From positions 13,383 through 77,382 of the IMG/VR virus record IMGVR_UViG_3300022602_002157: a stretch of DNA of 64,000 bases. One strand, written 5' to 3'. Positions within the stretch are counted from its first letter, which is position 1. Every line of letters begins with the position of its first letter. Below are positions 57,752 to 64,000 of the stretch, piece after piece. The notes below the pieces were generated by a model. The model was given only the letters and a program-made list of their open reading frames with translations. It was not told where the DNA came from and did no database searches. Position numbers and translations under genes: made by a program. Source of the stretch: a virus.

Positions 57752-57910
57752 ATGTCAACGTTTTTAAGTTTGCTTGGGGACTTCATCAATTTTATTTTTG
57801 GTGTTGCGCTTCTAGCCTTTTCAGTTTGGTTCATGTATGGTATCTATCTAATTCAAAAGGATAGAGACATTGCACGTAAGAAAGCAAAAGATGAATATAA
57901 AAATCAGTGA
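57752..57910 (+). CDS. Small single-TM protein (52 aa; not in the ORF track)
   Basis: GAGG SD; MSTFLSLLGDFINFIFGVALLAFSVWFMYGIYLIQKDRD... Confidence 0.7.
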   Translation: MSTFLSLLGDFINFIFGVALLAFSVWFMYGIYLIQKDRDIARKKAKDEYKNQ

Positions 57911-58724
57911 ACTGTTTTACAGTATACAAGGGGAAGGTCGCTACATGGGCGTGCCTTCTGTCTTTTTAAGAACATATGGTTGCAATTTTACATGCAGTGG
58001 CTTTGGTATGCCCCGTGGTCTACTATCTAATGAAAGGAATAATATAAATGCAAGAGATTATAAGCAATATAAGGATCTTCCCCTTGTTAGTACCGGCTGC
58101 GATAGTTACGCTAGTTGGGATCCTAGGTTCAAACATCTTTCACCGTTTCTTACGACAGAGGCAATTGCGCAAGCAATCGTTGAACAACTCCCAAACAAAG
58201 AATGGCGGGACGAACATTTAGTCATCACAGGTGGCGAGCCACTACTAGGTTGGCAACGTGCATATCCTGAACTACTTGATCATCCATTGATGGATGGTTT
58301 AACTGAGATCACATTTGAGACAAATGGCACTCAAAAACTAAATCCAAAGTTTGCTGATTACTTGCGTGACTGGAACAAAGTAGGTCGTGAAATTACATTT
58401 AGTGTAAGTGCTAAACTGCCTGGCAGCGGTGAGAGTTGGGAAGATGCAATCAAGCCAGAAGTTGTAGCAAGTTATGAAGATGTTGGTACAGCATATTTGA
58501 AGTTTGTAGTAGCGACTGATCGTGATATGGTTTATGCTGACATGGCAGTACATGAATATCGCAAAGCAGGTTTCACAGGTCATGTATACTTAATGCCAGT
58601 TGGTGGTGTTGAAAGTGTTTATAACTTAAACGCAAAGAATGTCGCAATGGCTGCGTTACAACGTGGATATCGTTATAGTGATAGACTTCAGGTACCTCTT
58701 TTCCGCAACGCTTGGGGAACTTGA
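57891..58724 (+). CDS. queE: 7-carboxy-7-deazaguanine synthase (radical SAM)
   Basis: ISELFYSIQGEG, FLRTYGCNFTC...CDS, TGGEP, ETNGT and SDRLQ. Confidence 0.92.
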   Translation: MNIKISELFYSIQGEGRYMGVPSVFLRTYGCNFTCSGFGMPRGLLSNERNNINARDYKQYKDLPLVSTGCDSYASWDPRFKHLSPFLTTEAIAQAIVEQLPNKEWRDEHLVITGGEPLLGWQRAYPELLDHPLMDGLTEITFETNGTQKLNPKFADYLRDWNKVGREITFSVSAKLPGSGESWEDAIKPEVVASYEDVGTAYLKFVVATDRDMVYADMAVHEYRKAGFTGHVYLMPVGGVESVYNLNAKNVAMAALQRGYRYSDRLQVPLFRNAWGT

Positions 58725-59479
58725 TGCATCGATTGTTTGCGTTTGGTTGTAGTTTCACACAATTTTATTGGCCTACATGGGCTGATATACTAGGTCATAG
58801 TTATGATTATTTTGAAAACTGGGGCTTAGTTGGCGCAGGCAATTTATACATTTCAAGTGCTGTAGCAGAAGCCTCAGTCAGACACAACTTTACAAAAGAC
58901 GATACCATAATGATCATGTGGTCTAACGTAATGCGTGAAGACCGTTACACCGATAGATGGCTCAACGTGGGCAGTATCTATAATCAAAATATTTACAACA
59001 AAGAGTTTGTTAGAGATTTTGTAACTATTCGTGGATGTTATATTAGAGACTTAGCACAGATTCAGTTAACAACACAATTGTTAGAAAACATAGGTTGTAA
59101 CTATGAATACATGAGCATGGTTGATTTAACTAATCCCAATCAATACGAGAATTTAGACGCATCTGAAATGATAGAAGATTCTTTGAATCTATACAAGAAT
59201 ACCTTAGACAAATTCAAACCCAGTGTACATAAAACTGTTTTTAATAATGATTGGTATAGTAGAAAAATAAATGGAAAAACAAGAGTAGACTTACATTCTA
59301 CTCCATTAGAGCATTTAGAATACCTTGATAAAGTTTTACCAAACAGTGTAGATATTTCAACAAGACAATGGGTAGAAAAGGTAAATACAGATGTGTTGAA
59401 TTTCTTAAAAGACAATGATAAGGTGTACACCTACAATGGGTGGAATAACACTAGCAATTTGCCTAAACATAGATTATAA
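58724..59479 (+). CDS. SGNH/GDSL-like hydrolase paralog
   Basis: FGCSFT, WADIL, GAGN, MWS..RED and H.TP.EH. Confidence 0.6.
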   Translation: MHRLFAFGCSFTQFYWPTWADILGHSYDYFENWGLVGAGNLYISSAVAEASVRHNFTKDDTIMIMWSNVMREDRYTDRWLNVGSIYNQNIYNKEFVRDFVTIRGCYIRDLAQIQLTTQLLENIGCNYEYMSMVDLTNPNQYENLDASEMIEDSLNLYKNTLDKFKPSVHKTVFNNDWYSRKINGKTRVDLHSTPLEHLEYLDKVLPNSVDISTRQWVEKVNTDVLNFLKDNDKVYTYNGWNNTSNLPKHRL

Positions 59480-59505
59480 TAAACATTGAGATTTTAAGGA
59501 ACCTT

Positions 59506-59745
59506 ATGTCGATTGAAGCAATGATTGATAGAGATAAAATGATAGATGATCTGTGGTTTTATAAGGGAGCCACAGTAAAGTATTCATTTGCACTACTACC
59601 CAAACGTTGTGTATTGTCTGGGAAACTTATTTGGTTGAAGAAGGGCTATAAACTCACTAGGATGATTACCGGTCCAGGTGACCCTGTATATATGTATAGG
59701 TGGCATGATAGGTATGAACATTTACTTTGGAGAATTAGGAGTTAA
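59506..59745 (+). CDS. Hypothetical protein
   Basis: AAGGA SD; 79 aa. Confidence 0.7.
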   Translation: MSIEAMIDRDKMIDDLWFYKGATVKYSFALLPKRCVLSGKLIWLKKGYKLTRMITGPGDPVYMYRWHDRYEHLLWRIRS

Positions 59746-59747
59746 TT

Positions 59748-60224
59748 ATGGCTATTTGGACAATTAAACCCGCATGGAAGAAATCACTTATTGAACGCAA
59801 CTATCTAACTAAGGGTGACAACACCGTTATGATTGAGACAGGTTGGCGTTGGGGTGAGTTTACTGTTGAAACAGAAGACGATAACCCTCCTGTACTAGAA
59901 CCAGGTGTTGATCTATATAACTGTGACTACGATGTTGAACTAGTTGAAACAAGCGATGGCTGTTGGGAAGAAGTTGATAGTGATGAATGTGACGAAGAAA
60001 CACAAGAATGGCTAGAAGAATTCTTAGAAGAAAACAGTTGGCTTGATTTAGAAGAGCATGGATGGATTCAAGATGAATGTGAAATGATTATTGACTGTGA
60101 TATCATTATTGAAGACGAAGACGGTAATGTTGTAGAACAGCCACAATCAGAAACACCTGATGAAGTTTATGAAGAACCAGCAACACTAACCCCTAAAGCA
60201 CCTTGGCCTTTTGATACAAAATGA
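59748..60224 (+). CDS. Acidic hypothetical protein
   Basis: AGGAG SD; D/E-rich; ends WPF. Confidence 0.75.
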   Translation: MAIWTIKPAWKKSLIERNYLTKGDNTVMIETGWRWGEFTVETEDDNPPVLEPGVDLYNCDYDVELVETSDGCWEEVDSDECDEETQEWLEEFLEENSWLDLEEHGWIQDECEMIIDCDIIIEDEDGNVVEQPQSETPDEVYEEPATLTPKAPWPFDTK

Positions 60225-61555
60225 AAACATACACTCGCAGAATTGGGTTCCTAGTCAGTTATCAAACACTAATACCCCATGGGGGTATTGGACAATTCAC
60301 TAAAAGTTTTTGTGAATTGATGGATGAACATAACATTAAAGTTGATATCATAACTGACAAAGAACCCAAGGATAATGAGTTTATTAAATCCTTGAAGGCT
60401 AATATCATTGCTCCAGTGGAATCATTGCCATATACAACACATAGCAATATCTTTATGTATGGCGATACATATTGCTATGAACGCATGGCTAACTTCCGTA
60501 ATGCAATTGTAAAGGCACTTGAACATAATTTGTATGATGCGTTTATTTGTAATACATACGAATCTGTTCAAGTGGCAAGCACCATGGGACTCGATGATTG
60601 TATTCAAATAATTGCATATACGCATTTAGAAAGTCAAATTTTTAAAGACACTAAGAATCCATTTCTTGATACAACCAATGAAATGATGCGTAAGCAACTA
60701 GAAATGAGTTCTGTATATGTGGGTACGCAAAGTAAGTTCAATCAATTAGAAATAGACAACGGTGCTTGGCATTTGCCTATTCCTATCAGCGAACGTGGAC
60801 TATTAGAAAAACACAACAAACCACGTGAAGGTGTACTCTTTGTTGGTCGTTGGGAAGAAGGTAAAAATCCTGAACTATTCCTAGAATTAATTGAGCAAAC
60901 ACAGTTACCTGCTAAGGTAATGACTAGCGCAAATGGTGCTAAAAAGTTTGAAGAACGATTAAAGAAGATCGGTGTAACTTATGATATTCGTGTAGGCATC
61001 ATTGGTAAAGAAAAAGTTGACTTTATGACAAGTGCTAGAGTTGCATTCAATCCTAGCACAGTTGAAAGTTATGGTATGGCTTTCTATGAACAACACATTC
61101 AGTTACCTACATTTGTGTTAGAAAATCAACGTTGGACTAAAAACTTTGATGGACATTTTTTCTTTGAGACTAACAAGAAAGATATGGCGTCTGATGTCAA
61201 AGGCGCATACGATATGTTTGCAAACAGTAGTGATTGGTATGTTAAAGGATCATTAGATCATGCTATTGCACAAGAGAATACAGTATTTCACAAATGGAAT
61301 AAATGCTTTAGTGAGTTTAAAACAAAACAAAGCAATTCAAATACTGCGGCAATCTGTAAAGAACATACAGTAAAGCATAGTGATTTTATTAAAGGTTTAT
61401 GTCGTAATGTAATTTGTATTGATGATGTAAGATCGGTTCTTTCAAACAAACATAAATTTACAGTCACTTATACTGATAATGATACATACTTGAGCAAGGA
61501 TCCACATTTTGTTCCCACAGAAGAAGTAAGTGGTGCAGGATTATTTGAATTTTAA
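60221..61555 (+). CDS. GT-B (GT4-like) glycosyltransferase
   Basis: HGGIG, LFVGRWEEGKNP and PSTVESYGMAFYE. Confidence 0.85.
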   Translation: MKTYTRRIGFLVSYQTLIPHGGIGQFTKSFCELMDEHNIKVDIITDKEPKDNEFIKSLKANIIAPVESLPYTTHSNIFMYGDTYCYERMANFRNAIVKALEHNLYDAFICNTYESVQVASTMGLDDCIQIIAYTHLESQIFKDTKNPFLDTTNEMMRKQLEMSSVYVGTQSKFNQLEIDNGAWHLPIPISERGLLEKHNKPREGVLFVGRWEEGKNPELFLELIEQTQLPAKVMTSANGAKKFEERLKKIGVTYDIRVGIIGKEKVDFMTSARVAFNPSTVESYGMAFYEQHIQLPTFVLENQRWTKNFDGHFFFETNKKDMASDVKGAYDMFANSSDWYVKGSLDHAIAQENTVFHKWNKCFSEFKTKQSNSNTAAICKEHTVKHSDFIKGLCRNVICIDDVRSVLSNKHKFTVTYTDNDTYLSKDPHFVPTEEVSGAGLFEF

Positions 61556-61628
61556 TATGAAGTTATGTTAACAAACCTAAAGTTAATGCTATTGTTGATG
61601 AAATTTATAAAAATAAAGGTCGCTAATT

Positions 61629-62414
61629 ATGAAAACTGAAACAGTTGTCTTTGGTGACAGTTTTGGTACTCCTCACACAGATTGGGAAAACTGTTGGTCT
61701 ACATTAATATCACATAACGTATATGCAATGCCGGGCACAAACCTATGGTATTCATATCAAAAATTTTTAAAACATTATAAAAGTTACGATTATGTTGTTT
61801 TTGTTTATACACACAAGTGTAGATGGTATACAATAGCCGAACATTTGTTACCTTATTCTAATTGTATAAACAAAGAGAAATTAGATGTGTATCATGGCAT
61901 ACCCAAGTATGCATATGATGATATGGCAAAACTAGTTGAAGTATATAAACTCATCTATGATGAAGATTTTGAACAATTTTTATATCAAACTATTTTTGAC
62001 AAAGTTAACACACTATGCAGAAAACGTAACATAAAACTTATCAATGTTCTTCCATTTGAACCGGGAACAAATGTAAAAAGTCGTTGGACTATTACAAAAG
62101 AAATAGGATTGGATATTAGCAACATGCATGGTTCGTGTTTAGTTGGTTTAGGAGATATCTCATGGGCAGAGTTGACTGATGCAGACGTAGGTGGGCATCG
62201 TCATCCTTTACTAAAAAAATACACAGTAGATATGCCTGATGCTAGACCTTGTCATTTATCACCGTGGAATAACAAAGCATTGGCTGAAATAATAACAGAA
62301 GAATTTGCAAACAATAATCCAAGACTCATTGATTTAACATTCGATGATAGATTTTCATATGACATATCTATATTGTTGGATTATTTTAATAAAATGTACA
62401 AGAGTAAATTATGA
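61629..62414 (+). CDS. SGNH/GDSL-like hydrolase paralog
   Basis: VFGDSF, W and CHLS..NN. Confidence 0.5.
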   Translation: MKTETVVFGDSFGTPHTDWENCWSTLISHNVYAMPGTNLWYSYQKFLKHYKSYDYVVFVYTHKCRWYTIAEHLLPYSNCINKEKLDVYHGIPKYAYDDMAKLVEVYKLIYDEDFEQFLYQTIFDKVNTLCRKRNIKLINVLPFEPGTNVKSRWTITKEIGLDISNMHGSCLVGLGDISWAELTDADVGGHRHPLLKKYTVDMPDARPCHLSPWNNKALAEIITEEFANNNPRLIDLTFDDRFSYDISILLDYFNKMYKSKL

Positions 62415-63262
62415 AAAAAGTATTGATAACAGGTTGTTCAGGATATATTGGTAGTCATCTTGCCAAGATGCTAATGAACTCTATGAAGTATGAGGTACAT
62501 GGATTAGATATTCGTGATCCTCAGCAACCAATGCATAAATTTTATCGACAAGATATCAATAGATTGTTTACACTTAACGAAGAGTTTGATTGTGTAATTC
62601 ATTTGGCTGCATTGGTTAAAGTCAATGAAAGCGAACAAATGCCTATTCCATATTACATTACTAACCTGAATGGCACTATGAATGTTATCAACAAAGTTAA
62701 CACAAAAAACTTTGTGTTTGCTAGCACAGGCGCCGCGGAAAGTTGCAATAGTGCATATGGCGTAAGTAAACGTGCGGCAGAAGATGTTGTACGTGAATAC
62801 TACACACAACACAAGCCCACACCATATACTATTTTTAGATTCTATAATGTAATCGGTAGTTCGGGTTTCGAGCCAACTAACCCTGATGGCTTGATGTATA
62901 ATCTATTGAAGTCTAGTTATACACGTGAGTTTACAATTTACGGTAACGATTATAACACAGTTGATGGTACATGTGTGCGTGACTATGTTCACGTAGATGA
63001 AATCTGTGATGCACTTATGACTGCAATTGAAAAGTCAAGCAATCAAATTGAATGCTTGGGTCATGGAGTAGGCCATACTGTATCTGAGATGTTTGAGATG
63101 TTTAAGCGTGTTAACCATGACGCATTATATCAGGATACTGACACGCCTATCTTGCGTAAGATTGGCCCACGTAGAAAAGGTGATGTAGAAAGTTCTGTTC
63201 TTTCTAATGTGTCAAGTTATATGAAAAATTTGTATAGTTTTGAAGATTTACTTAAGGTGTAA
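62411..63262 (+). CDS. NAD-dependent nucleotide-sugar epimerase/dehydratase (GalE-like)
   Basis: TGCSGYIG, HLAA, YGVSK, RFYNV and RDYVHV. Confidence 0.9.
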   Translation: MKKVLITGCSGYIGSHLAKMLMNSMKYEVHGLDIRDPQQPMHKFYRQDINRLFTLNEEFDCVIHLAALVKVNESEQMPIPYYITNLNGTMNVINKVNTKNFVFASTGAAESCNSAYGVSKRAAEDVVREYYTQHKPTPYTIFRFYNVIGSSGFEPTNPDGLMYNLLKSSYTREFTIYGNDYNTVDGTCVRDYVHVDEICDALMTAIEKSSNQIECLGHGVGHTVSEMFEMFKRVNHDALYQDTDTPILRKIGPRRKGDVESSVLSNVSSYMKNLYSFEDLLKV

Positions 63263-63470
63263 CCTTAACATATACGTTAGATAATTCGTGCGGTCTAAAT
63301 GCAAAACAACTTGTACCAAATTGAATTGCTATAGGTCCATTAAACAGACTACGACTTATCACACGTAACCTAGTACCTGCACATAACCCTAAATCAACTT
63401 GCCTTTCGTTTGAATTACTAACAATGATTGCATCAGTATTGATTGGCAATTTGTCTAGGGTTGTTGTCAT
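63252..63470 (-). CDS. feoA: FeoA-like SH3 protein
   Basis: L..L...AII...R..DLGL..GT.L.V......GPI.I......FA.R. Confidence 0.7.
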   Translation of the reverse strand: MTTTLDKLPINTDAIIVSNSNERQVDLGLCAGTRLRVISRSLFNGPIAIQFGTSCFAFRPHELSNVYVKVTP

Positions 63471-63896
63471 TTATACTTGTTCAGGTTCCCAATGCATAAC
63501 TTTACCGCCTTTTTGTAATGGTTTATAACCTTGCTTGCGATAAAACTTAATTAAATTACCCTGTTTGACTTGACCTTTGTCCCATGGATAAAGTGTTAAT
63601 GCAATACCATCTTCACGTGCTAAGTCTTGTAGTATCTTCATAGCCTTAGTGCCGGCGCCTTTGCGCAGTGGATAAGCCTGAATCCATTTGATTTCAACTG
63701 CATCACGTTTACTAAAACTAGGTGTCAATTCAAACATAGCAAACTGCTGATCATCACCCTCACCACCTAACGGCATTACGTGGTTGTTTTGAAACTGTTG
63801 CGAGAATTTATCGTATACCTTTTTTATCCAGGCTTTAGCCTTGTCACTACTAGGTGACAATTTAAGGACTTCGGTTACGAACTCACTTGCTCTCAT
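63471..63896 (-). CDS. GNAT-like acetyltransferase with capsid-targeting-like N-terminus
   Basis: RKGAGT..M, LIKFYRKQGY; starts MRASEFVTE. Confidence 0.7.
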   Translation of the reverse strand: MRASEFVTEVLKLSPSSDKAKAWIKKVYDKFSQQFQNNHVMPLGGEGDDQQFAMFELTPSFSKRDAVEIKWIQAYPLRKGAGTKAMKILQDLAREDGIALTLYPWDKGQVKQGNLIKFYRKQGYKPLQKGGKVMHWEPEQV

Positions 63897-64000
63897 TATG
63901 TGTACACCAAACTGTCTATTCTTTTGTAACGGATGTTAAATGCGTTCATCAATAATTCTACTTCACGCAAACATTGATCTCTTGCCCCGCCAACTATATA
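63896..64000 (-). CDS. 3' end of a gene extending beyond the window (possibly isochorismatase-like)
   Basis: Open frame YIVGGARDQCLREVELLMNAFNIRYKRIDSLVYT*; its TAA overlaps the next ATG. Confidence 0.55.
   Translation of the reverse strand, partial: YIVGGARDQCLREVELLMNAFNIRYKRIDSLVYT

Noticed and set aside
1-64000. Alternative genetic code (stop-codon reassignment)
   Set aside because: Conserved genes (polymerase, clpA, guaC, folE) are full length in code 11 and coding density is high.

Overview
This is a 64-kb, gene-dense, AT-rich segment of a large T4-like/jumbo tailed-phage genome, in the standard genetic code and almost entirely on the + strand. The host is probably diderm, because the window encodes a lipoprotein and an outer-membrane beta-barrel. 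Left to right it contains: a repetitive tail-fibre gene, a GH19 lysozyme and Ig-domain virion proteins (1-8.6 kb); a DnaE fragment, GroES, clamp loader, PhoH, a 3-TM holin, DnaJ and ClpA (8.6-18.6 kb); late genes for probable capsid-internal proteins, including a 1052-aa protein whose unrelated domains are separated by a conserved ~20-bp repeat encoding (E/K)QGVAE(G) (18.6-28.3 kb); secreted/envelope proteins and a candidate double-pseudoknot RNA (28.3-35.3 kb); an unexplained enzyme cluster with a methyltransferase, di-iron ferritin-like protein, glutamine amidotransferase, cupin, sulfotransferase-like proteins and a 2OG-type oxygenase (35.3-41 kb); family-B DNA polymerase and sliding clamp (42.5-46 kb); and a 7-deazaguanine DNA-modification region (dpdA, dpdL-like, folE, queD, queE; no queC in the window) interleaved with glycosyltransferases, nucleotide-sugar enzymes, GMP reductase, a phosphoribosyltransferase and an R67/DfrB-type dihydrofolate reductase (47-63.3 kb). 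Two promoter classes are visible: sigma70-like, and TAAATA late-type. No tRNA, rRNA, CRISPR array or IS element was recognised. All functional calls come from motif recognition by eye; no database search was run.
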